Shown: in pieces, positions 55,343-64,000 of the stretch
Numbering within the stretch: position 1 is the stretch's first letter
Layout of the letters: every line of letters starts with the position of its first letter
DNA from: Christensenellales bacterium
Lineage (GTDB): Bacteria > Bacillota > Clostridia > Christensenellales > Aristaeellaceae
NCBI GenBank assembly: GCA_050946115.1
Contig: JBMNUF010000006.1
Span: forward strand, 8,600 to 72,599
DNA: 64,000 bases
Reading direction: 5' to 3'
Notes under the pieces: generated by a model
Databases searched by the model: none
Seen by the model: only the letters and a program-made list of their open reading frames with translations
Told to the model about the DNA's origin: nothing
Position numbers and translations under genes: made by a program

Positions 55343-56083
55343 ATGGCGGATGAATTTTTGCGCGTGGAGCGCCTGACAAAATCCTACGGAGAGTTAGAGG
55401 TGCTGAAGGACCTTTCCTTCACGGTGCAAAAGGGCGAATTTCTGTGCGTGGTCGGTCCCACGGGCTGCGGCAAGACGACGTTTCTCTCCTGCCTCATCGG
55501 GGCGCAGCCCGTCGATTCGGGCAGCATCACCATGGAAGGTGAAGCGGTAGACCTGAAAAAGCGCAACATCGCCTACATCATGCAGGAGTATTCTGCCATG
55601 CCGTGGCTCACCGTGCGGCAAAACGCCGCCTTCGGGCTCATGATTCGCCGCGTACCGAAAAAGCAGGCGGATGAAGCGGTCGATGAGGTGCTCGAACTGG
55701 TGGGGCTTTCGCGCTTTGCGGACTACTATCCGAGGCAGCTTTCCGCAGGCATGCTCCAAAGAGTCGCTATTGCGCGGGCGTTTGCGGTTTCGCCGGAGCT
55801 TTTGCTGATGGACGAGCCGTATGGCCAGTTGGACCTCGATTTGCGGTTTCGGCTGGAGGACGAGCTGTTGAAGCTGTGCGAAAAACACAATACGACCGTC
55901 ATATTCATCACACACAACATAGAGGAGGCAGTCTATCTCGGGCAGCGCGTTTTGGTTTTGACGAGCAAGCCCACGACCATTCGGGATGAAGTGATAATCG
56001 ACCTTCCCTATCCGCGAGATGTCGCCGATCGCGACTTCGTGTCCCTTCGGACGAAGATCACGGAACAGATTCGCTGGTGGTAG
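55343..56083 (+). CDS. ABC transporter ATP-binding protein 2 (NitT/TauT family) with deviant signature motif
   Basis: Start at MADEFLRVERL (alternative GTG 55334). Walker A GPTGCGKTT, signature LSAGMLQR, Walker B LLLMDEP, H-loop ITHNIEEA. Confidence 0.85.
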   Translation: MADEFLRVERLTKSYGELEVLKDLSFTVQKGEFLCVVGPTGCGKTTFLSCLIGAQPVDSGSITMEGEAVDLKKRNIAYIMQEYSAMPWLTVRQNAAFGLMIRRVPKKQADEAVDEVLELVGLSRFADYYPRQLSAGMLQRVAIARAFAVSPELLLMDEPYGQLDLDLRFRLEDELLKLCEKHNTTVIFITHNIEEAVYLGQRVLVLTSKPTTIRDEVIIDLPYPRDVADRDFVSLRTKITEQIRWW

Positions 56084-56120
56084 AAAAACGACGAATTTTT
56101 AACGAATTGCGATACCACGA

Positions 56121-56149
56121 TTGAAACCTTAATGTTCGCGTTGCATAAT
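56121..56149 (+). promoter_or_regulatory. Sigma-A type promoter TTGAAA-17-CATAAT for mscL
   Basis: Hexamers at 56121-56126 and 56144-56149 with a 17-nt spacer. Confidence 0.5.
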
Positions 56150-56178
56150 AGAGAAAACGAGCAAAGGGAGGATGTGCT

Positions 56179-56616
56179 ATGGCGAATTTCAAGAAGAAAA
56201 CACAGGATTTTATGAAGGAGTTCAAGGCCTTTGCGCTCAAGGGCAACGTGATCGACATGGCAGTCGGCGTAATGATCGCCACCGCGTTCGGAAAAATCGT
56301 TACTTCCATCGTGAACGACATCTTCATGCCGCTCTTGTCGCTTCTGACGGGGCGCGTGGATTTCACGCAACTCGCGATCACACTCAACGAGGGCGAAGAT
56401 GCCTCCAAGATTACCTACGGGAATTTCCTCCAGACGGTCGTGGACTTCGTGTTCATCTCCATCTGCATTTTCCTGTTTGTGAAGCTGATCAATTCCTTCA
56501 AGAAGAAAGAAGTTGAAAAGCCTGCGGAACCGCCGAGGCTCTGCCCGTACTGCAGGCTGGAAATCGCCAAGGACGCCACGCGCTGTCCGCACTGCACGAG
56601 CCAGCTCGACGTATAA
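56179..56616 (+). CDS. mscL: Large-conductance mechanosensitive channel MscL with C-terminal CPxC...CPxC zinc-ribbon
   Basis: FKAFALKGNVIDMAVGVMIATAFGKIV is a typical MscL TM1. A second TM follows. The C-terminus reads CPYCRLEIAKDATRCPHCTSQL. Confidence 0.88.
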   Translation: MANFKKKTQDFMKEFKAFALKGNVIDMAVGVMIATAFGKIVTSIVNDIFMPLLSLLTGRVDFTQLAITLNEGEDASKITYGNFLQTVVDFVFISICIFLFVKLINSFKKKEVEKPAEPPRLCPYCRLEIAKDATRCPHCTSQLDV

Positions 56617-56625
56617 AATGGCTTC

Positions 56626-56670
56626 CGAAAAGCGGGAAAACGGTTCGAACGGATCGCACTTCCCGCTTTT
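56626..56670 (+). terminator. Intrinsic terminator after mscL
   Basis: gaaaagcgggaa / ttcccgcttttc forms a 12-bp stem with a structured 21-nt loop, followed by a T-rich run. Confidence 0.65.
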
Positions 56671-56711
56671 CTTCGCGTACAAATGTTATTTTTAACAAAT
56701 ACGAAATATGC

Positions 56712-56740
56712 TTGAAAAAAAGGCTCTGTTGTGTTATGAT
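56712..56740 (+). promoter_or_regulatory. Sigma-A type promoter TTGAAA-17-TATGAT for the BMP-family ABC operon
   Basis: Hexamers at 56712-56717 and 56735-56740 with a 17-nt spacer. Confidence 0.6.
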
Positions 56741-56768
56741 GGTATAGAGAAAAGCGGCACGGACAGGG

Positions 56769-58310
56769 GTGAACCATTTGGAACAGCCATATGCGGTAGA
56801 GATGCTCCATATCACCAAGCGTTTCCCGGGCATTGTGGCGAATGACGATATCACGCTGCGGCTTAAAAAGGGCGAGATTCACGCACTCCTGGGAGAAAAC
56901 GGCGCGGGGAAATCCACGCTCATGAGCGTATTGTTCGGCCTGTATCAGGCGGAAGAGGGTTCGATTCGTAAGGACGGCAAGGACGTCGTCATCCGCGACC
57001 CGAACGACGCGAACGCGCTGGGAATCGGCATGGTGCACCAGCATTTCATGCTGATCGAGTGCTTTAGCGTGTTGGACAACATCATCTTGGGCGTGGAGAC
57101 CTGTAAAAGCGGCTTTTTGCAGCGCGCGCAGGCGCGGGAAAAGGTGATGGCGCTCTCCGAAAAATACGACCTGAGGGTTGACCCGGACGCCTTGATAGAA
57201 GACATCACGGTCGGCATGCAGCAGAGGACGGAGATTCTCAAAATGCTGTACCGCGACAACGAAATCCTCATCTTCGATGAGCCGACCGCCGTTTTGACGC
57301 CGCAGGAGATCGACGAACTCATGGCCATCATGAAGGGGCTTGCGGCGGAGGGGAAGAGCATCCTCTTTATTTCGCACAAATTGAACGAAATCATGGCGGT
57401 CGCGGATAGGTGTACCGTGCTGCGCAAGGGCAAATGCGTCGGCACCGTCGATATCGCAAACACCACAAAAGCCCAACTTTCACGCATGATGGTCGGGCGC
57501 GACGTGGATTTTACGATACATAAGGAAAAGGCGAAGCCAAGTGACGCGGTGCTCGAGGTTGAAAACCTGTCCGTCGCCTCAAAGACCCACGCGACGGACG
57601 CGGTCAAGAACGTTTCGTTTACCGTCCGCGCGGGTGAGATCGTCTGCATCGCGGGCATCGACGGGAACGGGCAGACGGAGCTCGTATGCGGCATTTCCGG
57701 CCTTGAAAATGTAAAGGGCGGAAGCATTCGCCTGCTCGGGAAGGACATCACCCATCTTCCCGTCCGCGAGCGGAACTTGGGAGGCATCAGCCACATCCCG
57801 GAGGACAGGCACAAGCACGGGCTGGTGCTCGACTATACGCTCGAGGACAACATCGTCTTGCAGCGGTATTTCGAGCCGCGCTTTTGCAACGGCTTCGGCA
57901 CGCTCAACAGAAGGGCGATCCGCGAATACGCAAACGACCTGATTGAGCGGTACGATGTCCGGAGCGGGCAGGGCGCGGTCACAATCGCGCGGTCGATGTC
58001 CGGCGGCAACCAACAAAAGGCGATCGTTGCGCGCGAGATCGACAGGGACCCAAAGCTCCTCATCGCCGTGCAGCCGACGCGCGGGCTCGATGTCGGCGCT
58101 ATCGAATACATCCATAAGCAAATCGTCAGCCAGCGCGACAGGGGCGCGGCGGTGCTCTTGGTGTCTTTGGAATTGGACGAAGTCATGATGCTTTCGGATC
58201 GAATCCTCGTCCTGTTTGAGGGCAATATCGTGGGCGAACTCGACCCCAAAAAGACGTCTGTCGAGACGCTGGGGCTGTACATGGCGGGCGCAAAGAGGGA
58301 GGGTGCATAG
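56769..58310 (+). CDS. Nucleoside/simple-sugar ABC transporter ATP-binding protein (duplicated NBD, BMP-family system)
   Basis: 513 aa with two NBDs (GENGAGKST; second domain GIDGNGQTEL, LSGGNQQK). Start codon uncertain (GTG 56769 or TTG 56778). Confidence 0.88.
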   Translation: MNHLEQPYAVEMLHITKRFPGIVANDDITLRLKKGEIHALLGENGAGKSTLMSVLFGLYQAEEGSIRKDGKDVVIRDPNDANALGIGMVHQHFMLIECFSVLDNIILGVETCKSGFLQRAQAREKVMALSEKYDLRVDPDALIEDITVGMQQRTEILKMLYRDNEILIFDEPTAVLTPQEIDELMAIMKGLAAEGKSILFISHKLNEIMAVADRCTVLRKGKCVGTVDIANTTKAQLSRMMVGRDVDFTIHKEKAKPSDAVLEVENLSVASKTHATDAVKNVSFTVRAGEIVCIAGIDGNGQTELVCGISGLENVKGGSIRLLGKDITHLPVRERNLGGISHIPEDRHKHGLVLDYTLEDNIVLQRYFEPRFCNGFGTLNRRAIREYANDLIERYDVRSGQGAVTIARSMSGGNQQKAIVAREIDRDPKLLIAVQPTRGLDVGAIEYIHKQIVSQRDRGAAVLLVSLELDEVMMLSDRILVLFEGNIVGELDPKKTSVETLGLYMAGAKREGA

Positions 58311-58312
58311 GC

Positions 58313-59437
58313 ATGAAACAGAGCTTTTTCAGAAACAAGAGCGTGCAGTCCTTCCTCGTCTCCGTCATCTGCATCCTGCTGGGGCTTTTGACGGGCTACA
58401 TCGTGCTGCTTATCATCAACCCCTCGGGCGCGGGCGATGCGATCATCGCGGTCGTCAAGAACTTCATGACGCGAAAGAGCTTGCCGCTGCGCCTGAAAAA
58501 CCTCGGCAACACGCTGGTGAAAACCGCGCCACTTCTTTTATGCGGCTTGAGCGTCATGTTCGCCTATGCGTCGGGGCTGTTCAACATCGGCGCAGCGGGG
58601 CAATACGTGATCGGCGCGGGCGTTTCGCTCTATTGCGCGCTCGCCCTCAAGATGCCGTGGTATTTGTGCCTCGCGCTGGCGATCGCTGCGGGCGCGCTGC
58701 TCGCGTCGATTTCGGGCATTCTCAAGGCGTATTGCAACGTGAATGAGGTCATTTCCTGCATCATGCTCAACTGGATTTCGCTGTATCTCGTCAACACGAT
58801 CCTGACGAATGTAAAGGAAGCGACGAGCCCATACACCTATAAGATCGCAGATGTGAACCCCTCCGCGCTGATACCTTCATTGGGCTTGGGCGCGCTTTTC
58901 AACAACAATTCCTATGTCACGATCGCAATTCCGATCTCGATTCTCATCGCCGTCGTCATCTGGGTGATCCTCGAAAAAAAGCTGCTCGGATACGAGCTCA
59001 AGGCGACGGGCTTTAACCGCGATGCAGCGCGATACTGCGGCATGCGCGAAAAGCGCAACCTGATCCTCACCATGGCGATCGCCGGCGGGCTTTCGGGGCT
59101 CGGCGCGGGCCTGTTCTTCCTAACGGGCTTCGAGCAGTGGCAGACCACCGCATCCTCCATCCCGGGCATGGGCTTTAACGGCATCGCAGCGGCGTTTCTT
59201 GGCGGACTTTCGCCGATCGGGACGATCTTCTCGTCCTTCTTCATCCAGCACATCACAGATGGCGGCGCTTTTGTGGACTTATCCATATACTGTTCGCAGA
59301 TCACGAGCCTGATTTCCTCGATCATCATTTATCTCTGCGGCTTCGTGCTGTTCTTCAAGGGCGAATTCAACGCCATTTTAGACAGGCGCGAGGAAAAGGC
59401 GCTGCGCAGAGCGGGCGACCGAAGGAAAGGAGTGTGA
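58313..59437 (+). CDS. BMP-family ABC transporter permease (NupB/YufP-like)
   Basis: 374 aa, multi-TM, BPD_transp_2-like. GAGGGAGGG RBS. Confidence 0.85.
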   Translation: MKQSFFRNKSVQSFLVSVICILLGLLTGYIVLLIINPSGAGDAIIAVVKNFMTRKSLPLRLKNLGNTLVKTAPLLLCGLSVMFAYASGLFNIGAAGQYVIGAGVSLYCALALKMPWYLCLALAIAAGALLASISGILKAYCNVNEVISCIMLNWISLYLVNTILTNVKEATSPYTYKIADVNPSALIPSLGLGALFNNNSYVTIAIPISILIAVVIWVILEKKLLGYELKATGFNRDAARYCGMREKRNLILTMAIAGGLSGLGAGLFFLTGFEQWQTTASSIPGMGFNGIAAAFLGGLSPIGTIFSSFFIQHITDGGAFVDLSIYCSQITSLISSIIIYLCGFVLFFKGEFNAILDRREEKALRRAGDRRKGV

Positions 59438-59443
59438 TCGGGA

Positions 59444-60382
59444 ATGATTCTGTTGATCCAGTACTGCCTGATTTACGCGTCCGTCCTGCTGCTCGTGGCG
59501 CTCGGCGGCTGCTTTTCGGAGCGCTCCGGCATCATCAATATCGGGCTCGAGGGCATCATGGTGATTGGCGCGCTGGGCGGCGCACTCGTGATGCGCTTCG
59601 TGCCGATATCGGTCGGTGCGTTTCTGATGATCGCGCTGTGCGTCCTCGCTTCAATGTTGTTTGGGCTCTTGTATTCCATGCTTTTGGGCGTCGCCGCGAT
59701 CGATTTCAAGGCGGATCAGACACTCGTGGGAACTGCGATGAACCTGCTCGGCACCGCCGCAGCGACGGTCTTCGTCAAGGCGATGAACACTGCCGCCGAC
59801 CAGAACAACGTTTCGAGCGAGATCTCCTATGTGGAGGCGAGAAAGGCGTTTCTCATCGTCGAGGGGTACGAGTTCAACTGGTTCATGGTTCTGACGGCGC
59901 TGTTTTTGCTCGCATCGTATATATTGCTGTATAGAACGCGCTTCGGGCTGCGCCTTCGCGCATGCGGCGAACATCCGCATGCGGCGGATTCCGTGGGCGT
60001 GAACGTGCGCAAAATGCGGTATTGGGGCGTCTTGATTTCGGGGATATTGGGCGGCTTCGGCGGGCTCGTGTACATCACGGCGGGCGTGAGCCTTTGGAAG
60101 TTTGAAAACGGCGTCGCCGGATTCGGGTTTCTCGCGTTGGCGGTCATGATCTTCGGCGAATGGAAGCCCGGAAAAATCGCGCTCGCGGCGCTCTTATTCG
60201 GCCTGTTCCGCTCGCTCAGCAACGTCTATACGGGCTTCGATTTCCTCGCAAGCCTGCACCTGCCCGGCACGGTATACAATATGCTGCCCTATGTGATTTC
60301 CCTGATCGTCTTGGCGTTCACGAGCGGGAAATCGAAGGCGCCCAAGGCGTCGGGCATCCCGTACGACAAGGGCAGAAGGTAA
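59444..60382 (+). CDS. BMP-family ABC transporter permease (NupC/YufQ-like)
   Basis: 312 aa, multi-TM, BPD_transp_2-like (INIGLEGIM motif). Confidence 0.85.
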   Translation: MILLIQYCLIYASVLLLVALGGCFSERSGIINIGLEGIMVIGALGGALVMRFVPISVGAFLMIALCVLASMLFGLLYSMLLGVAAIDFKADQTLVGTAMNLLGTAAATVFVKAMNTAADQNNVSSEISYVEARKAFLIVEGYEFNWFMVLTALFLLASYILLYRTRFGLRLRACGEHPHAADSVGVNVRKMRYWGVLISGILGGFGGLVYITAGVSLWKFENGVAGFGFLALAVMIFGEWKPGKIALAALLFGLFRSLSNVYTGFDFLASLHLPGTVYNMLPYVISLIVLAFTSGKSKAPKASGIPYDKGRR

Positions 60383-60459
60383 ACTTAATACGTTCGCGAT
60401 TGCGGGAAAGCGCAAATCGTGTTATCGTATACAAACAATTCAGTAGGGAGGTACCTTTC

Positions 60460-61569
60460 ATGAAGAAACTCTTAGCCATCATTCTTTCCGCGATCTTCAT
60501 GCTCTCTTTTGCGACCGTCGCAACCGCAGAGGGCGATTTTTCCGTCGCGATGATCACCGACTACGGCGACATCACCGACCAGTCCTTCAACCAGACGACC
60601 TATGAAGCCTGCAAGGCGTACTGCGATGCCAACGGCGTCAACTTCAGCTATTTCAAGCCCACGGGCGACTCCGACGCGGAGCGCACCGCCATGATGGAAA
60701 CCGCGATCGACGAGGGATACAACGTCATCGTCGCCCCCGGCTACGCCTTTGGCGGCGCGCTGCGGGAGGTCGTCGGCACGTATCCGGACGTCTACTTTAT
60801 CGGAATCGACGTCAGCTCCGGCGATTTGGGCGCCGATTTCGTCATGACGGACAACCTCTATTGCGTGGTCTATCAGGAAGAACTCTGCGGCTACATGGCG
60901 GGCTATGCGGCCGTTAAGTTCGGATACAACCACATCGGCTTCCTGGGCGGTATGGCGGTTCCCGCCGTTGTCCGCTACGGATATGGCTTCGTGCAGGGCG
61001 CGAACGCAGCGGCGGAAGCCGACGGCAAGACGGACGTGGTCGTCGAATACGTGTACGGCAACCAGTTCTACGGCGACGCGGACATCACCGCCTACATGGA
61101 CAACTGGTTCCAGACGCTGGGCGTCGAAGTCGTGTTCCCCTGCGGCGGCGGCATCTACACCTCCGCTGCGGAAGCAGCCGCGAAGGTCGGCGGAAAGATC
61201 ATCGGCGTCGACACCGACCAGAAGCCCGTCATCGACGGCATGTATGGCGAGGGCATCACCCTGACCTCCGCGATGAAGGGTCTTGGAGAAGCGGTAGACT
61301 ACTCCCTGACCAAGATCGCTGCGGGCGAATTCGCGGACCTCGGCGGCAAGATGGAGGTACTCGGTCTCGTTTCCGAGAATCCAGAGGAGAACTACGTGCT
61401 CATCCCCATGGATTCCACGCCCTTTGACGAGAATTTCTCCATGGACGATTACAAGGCGATGATCGCCGATATGCTCAGCGGCAAGCTCGTCGTATCCGAC
61501 GACATCACCGTGGACGCTGCTTCCTTCGGCACCGTCGCCAAGGTAAACGTGTACGACAACATCAAGTAA
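60460..61569 (+). CDS. BMP-family (basic membrane protein / PnrA-like) ABC substrate-binding protein
   Basis: Start at MKKLLAIILSAIFMLSFATVATA, after a GGGAGG RBS. ITDYGDITDQSFNQ motif typical of Bmp/Med SBPs. Confidence 0.88.
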   Translation: MKKLLAIILSAIFMLSFATVATAEGDFSVAMITDYGDITDQSFNQTTYEACKAYCDANGVNFSYFKPTGDSDAERTAMMETAIDEGYNVIVAPGYAFGGALREVVGTYPDVYFIGIDVSSGDLGADFVMTDNLYCVVYQEELCGYMAGYAAVKFGYNHIGFLGGMAVPAVVRYGYGFVQGANAAAEADGKTDVVVEYVYGNQFYGDADITAYMDNWFQTLGVEVVFPCGGGIYTSAAEAAAKVGGKIIGVDTDQKPVIDGMYGEGITLTSAMKGLGEAVDYSLTKIAAGEFADLGGKMEVLGLVSENPEENYVLIPMDSTPFDENFSMDDYKAMIADMLSGKLVVSDDITVDAASFGTVAKVNVYDNIK

Positions 61570-61583
61570 TCGAAAGACGATGC

Positions 61584-61621
61584 AAAAAGCCGGCGCCATT
61601 TTCGGGGGCGCCGGCTTTTTT
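61584..61621. terminator. Bidirectional intrinsic terminator
   Basis: aaaaagccggcgcc / ggcgccggcttttt forms a 14-bp stem with flanking A-run and T-run. It lies between convergent genes. Confidence 0.85.
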
Positions 61622-61627
61622 GTGGGA

Positions 61628-62803
61628 TTACAGGGAATTTCTGATGCGCTCCGCGATTTCCGCAGTGCGCTTGCGGTTGGGGAAGGGGCGGTTCAGGGGG
61701 ACGGTCAGGGCATCGATGCGCTCCGCGATACGTTTTGCGGCATCCAAATCGCGATATGCCCTCTGCGCGGCGGAAATCTCGTGCAGGCGCTTGCCACCGT
61801 CCTGCGTGAGCGCCTTCAAAAGGTATGGCGCGGCCTTCGGGCTGTCGCAGGTGATTGCGAGGTTGTGCGCCGCCAAGAGCGCGGGATTGTCCGCCTCCTG
61901 CCCCGGCAGCGCCCCGATGATCATGATCGGCAGATTCATCACGACGGCTTCCATGAGCGTGTTGGGGCTGCCGCGCGCGATCAGAAGGTCCGCCCGTTCC
62001 ATATGCTTCTCGACGTCGTCCACGAAGCCGAACACGCGCACCCTGTCGGGAAAGCGCGGGAGGATCTCCGCCTCGAGCCGCTGGCGGCTTTTTTTGTCCC
62101 TGCCGCAGATGAACTCCATTTTGCAATCGGTATTTGTGAGAATCTCTTTCGCGTAGAGCATCATGTCCGTGCCGCCGTCGCCGCCGCTCATCATGAGCAG
62201 CTTCAGCTTTCCGCCGTCATAGGGCGCGTGCGGATATTGCCGCGCATGGTCGCAAAAGCGCGCGCGGATCGGAAAGCCGATCTTCTCGAGCGAAGAGGGG
62301 GGCATGCCGTGCCGTATCGATGCTGCGACAGCCTCCTCCGTGAGGCAAATCGTCGTCGTCGCGCGGGGATCGCACCACGAGGCGTGAATGTCGATGAGGT
62401 CTGCCTGACAGACGATAAAGGGGATGTCGTCGATGCGGTAAAGCTTTAGCAGGTTCAGGATCGCGCCAAGAAACATCGAGTGGACGGTGACGATCGAATC
62501 GGGATTGAATTCGCGGCATTTTTTGATAAACCGTTGTTGGATGAACGGGGTCATCATGTCCGCCATGCCGGTGGCGTAGTTGTTCGTCACCGCAAACGAC
62601 TTTTCCCAGAGCTTGGAATATCGGCGCGTGATGGGGCCGTAGAGCTTGGACGCGCTGACGCCCGCCGTGCCGATGAGCGAGAAGCCGTCCACCGTCATGA
62701 CCGAAATGCCGCCTATGCGCGTGAGCTGCTCGCTGATGGCATCGGAGATGGAGCGATGCCCGTGCCCCGTGTAATTGGACGTGATGAGCAATATGCGTTT
62801 CAT
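61628..62803 (-). CDS. GT28-type glycolipid synthase (MGDG-synthase / UgtP-like diacylglycerol glycosyltransferase)
   Basis: Start at MKRILLITSNYTGHGHRS, after a GGAGGA RBS. MGDG_synth-like N-terminal domain and Glyco_tran_28_C-like C-terminal domain. Confidence 0.75.
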   Translation of the reverse strand: MKRILLITSNYTGHGHRSISDAISEQLTRIGGISVMTVDGFSLIGTAGVSASKLYGPITRRYSKLWEKSFAVTNNYATGMADMMTPFIQQRFIKKCREFNPDSIVTVHSMFLGAILNLLKLYRIDDIPFIVCQADLIDIHASWCDPRATTTICLTEEAVAASIRHGMPPSSLEKIGFPIRARFCDHARQYPHAPYDGGKLKLLMMSGGDGGTDMMLYAKEILTNTDCKMEFICGRDKKSRQRLEAEILPRFPDRVRVFGFVDDVEKHMERADLLIARGSPNTLMEAVVMNLPIMIIGALPGQEADNPALLAAHNLAITCDSPKAAPYLLKALTQDGGKRLHEISAAQRAYRDLDAAKRIAERIDALTVPLNRPFPNRKRTAEIAERIRNSL

Positions 62804-62892
62804 CTTTATATCCTCCGTGTCTTCGGTATCGTGTTTTCGCATCCCTATTATACCGCAATACGCAAAGAAAGAAAAGCGAAGAATCAGATATG

Positions 62893-64000
62893 TTACAATT
62901 CTACGACGGCGAGTTTTTTGCCCGTGCGCTTGGTCGCGCGCGTGCGCATGGCCACGTTCAAAACGATGCCGATGCCCGCCATGCTCGCGAACATATTGCT
63001 GCCCCCGTAGCTGATAAACGGCAGAGGAATGCCCGTGACGGGCAAAAGCCCCACGACCATGCCGGCGTTTTCAAAGATGTGGAAAAACAGCATGCCTGTG
63101 ACGCCGATGACGAGATAGCGCCCGAAGGCGTCCTCCGTGTTGTATGCGATGACGACCATGCGAACGATGAGCACCATGAACGCCAAAATCAAACTGCCCG
63201 CGCCGACAAAACCGAAGGTCTCGCACACGATCGCGAAGACGAAGTCGGTATAGTCGTCGGGAATGTAGTTGAGGGATGCAAAGCAGCCTTCGCTGAACAT
63301 GCCTTTGCCCCAGAGCCCGCCGGAGCCGATGGCGATCTTCGCGTTGGCGACCTGCATGCCGCTGCCGCTGAGGTCGTAGGTCGGGTCCAGATACACCATG
63401 AGGCGATTTAAGCGGAAGCTGTCCTCCGAAACGTTCAGCAGATACCACAGCGGGATGATGAGAAGCGTCGCGAGAGCGATGATGCCCACTATGAGCCGCC
63501 AGTTCGTGCCGGAAAAGAAAATAACCACGGCGAAAATCGCGATGTAGACGAGCGCGGTGCCGACATCCGGCTGCAAAACAATCAGAATCAGGGGGAACCC
63601 TACGAAGGTGAGCGGGCGGATGAGTTCACCCGGGCTCATGATCGGCCTTTCCCTGGCGGCGAACATCTTCGCAAGCGAGATGATGATCGCGATCTTGCCA
63701 AATTCGGACGGCTGAATCGTCCTGTCTGTTCCGATACGGAACCAACCGGTCATATTTCCGCGCATGGGCTTCATACCGAGAACAACCGCCAAAAGGATGA
63801 GATTCGTCCAATAAATCAGGTCGGCATAGCGCAGAAAGACGTGGTAATCAAAGAAAACCATGCCGAAAAGCACGACGAGCCCCGCGATGAGCCACAGAAG
63901 CTGCAACCGCGCGTATTTGGAATCCTGCTGCGCGAGCGTCTCCAGGAAGGTATCCGCAGCTTCCTCCACGGGTGTCGCGTAGGCGGCGTAAATGCAGATG
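62893..64000 (-). CDS. SEDS-family peptidoglycan glycosyltransferase (FtsW/RodA/SpoVE); 5' end beyond the window
   Basis: The reading frame stays open to nt 64000. Motifs QPSEFGKIAIII, DYTDFVFAIVCETFGFVG and PLPFISYGGSNM. Confidence 0.88.
   Translation of the reverse strand, partial: ICIYAAYATPVEEAADTFLETLAQQDSKYARLQLLWLIAGLVVLFGMVFFDYHVFLRYADLIYWTNLILLAVVLGMKPMRGNMTGWFRIGTDRTIQPSEFGKIAIIISLAKMFAARERPIMSPGELIRPLTFVGFPLILIVLQPDVGTALVYIAIFAVVIFFSGTNWRLIVGIIALATLLIIPLWYLLNVSEDSFRLNRLMVYLDPTYDLSGSGMQVANAKIAIGSGGLWGKGMFSEGCFASLNYIPDDYTDFVFAIVCETFGFVGAGSLILAFMVLIVRMVVIAYNTEDAFGRYLVIGVTGMLFFHIFENAGMVVGLLPVTGIPLPFISYGGSNMFASMAGIGIVLNVAMRTRATKRTGKKLAVVEL

Noticed and set aside
1-64000. Search by eye for rRNA, tRNA, CRISPR repeats, transposase/integrase/recombinase genes, phage structural genes, toxin-antitoxin pairs and known riboswitch cores in the intergenic regions.
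   Set aside because: None was recognised. Intergenic regions are short and are accounted for by promoters, RBSs and terminators. A tRNAscan, Infernal/Rfam and defence-system HMM run would be needed to exclude small or divergent elements.

Overview
This 64 kb window is a chromosomal segment from a high-GC genome of Gram-positive (Clostridia-like) type. Hand counts in typical genes give about 60% GC. The taxonomic guess is an inference from GGAGG ribosome-binding sites, many near-consensus TTGACA-17-TATAAT promoters, and housekeeping genes (SEDS RodA/FtsW, UgtP-like GT28, MscL, Dus, MnmM/YtqB-like).

Nutrient uptake dominates the window. There are seven ABC importers: three Opp/Dpp-family systems, one LplABC-like sugar system, one CUT1-like sugar system, one NitT/TauT-family system and one BMP-family nucleoside system. 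Between them lie:
- glycoside hydrolases: a GH78 rhamnosidase, a GH4 enzyme, two cytoplasmic sialidase-fold BNR proteins and a six-hairpin GH-like protein;
- salvage genes: nagB, udp and a PfkB kinase;
- an envelope-related block: a YkuD-like protein, a lipoprotein and two tandem Big_2-CapA proteins;
- a DUF2207 membrane protein.

I saw no rRNA, tRNA, CRISPR array, transposase, integrase or phage genes, and I cannot point to a clear multi-gene novel system such as a defence island.

The most unusual items are:
1. an Opp-family transporter whose second ATPase carries an N-terminal two-TM plus zinc-ribbon module, and whose OppC-type permease has a ~220-residue helical loop insertion;
2. a NitT/TauT importer with two permeases and two ATPases whose motif deviations fit one degenerate ATP site;
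3. a stand-alone FRG-domain gene with its own consensus promoter;
4. tandem Big_2-CapA paralogues, the second with eroded catalytic motifs and lower GC;
5. a YkuD L,D-transpeptidase-like protein with Ser in place of the catalytic Cys.

All family assignments rest on motif recognition by eye. No database search was run.
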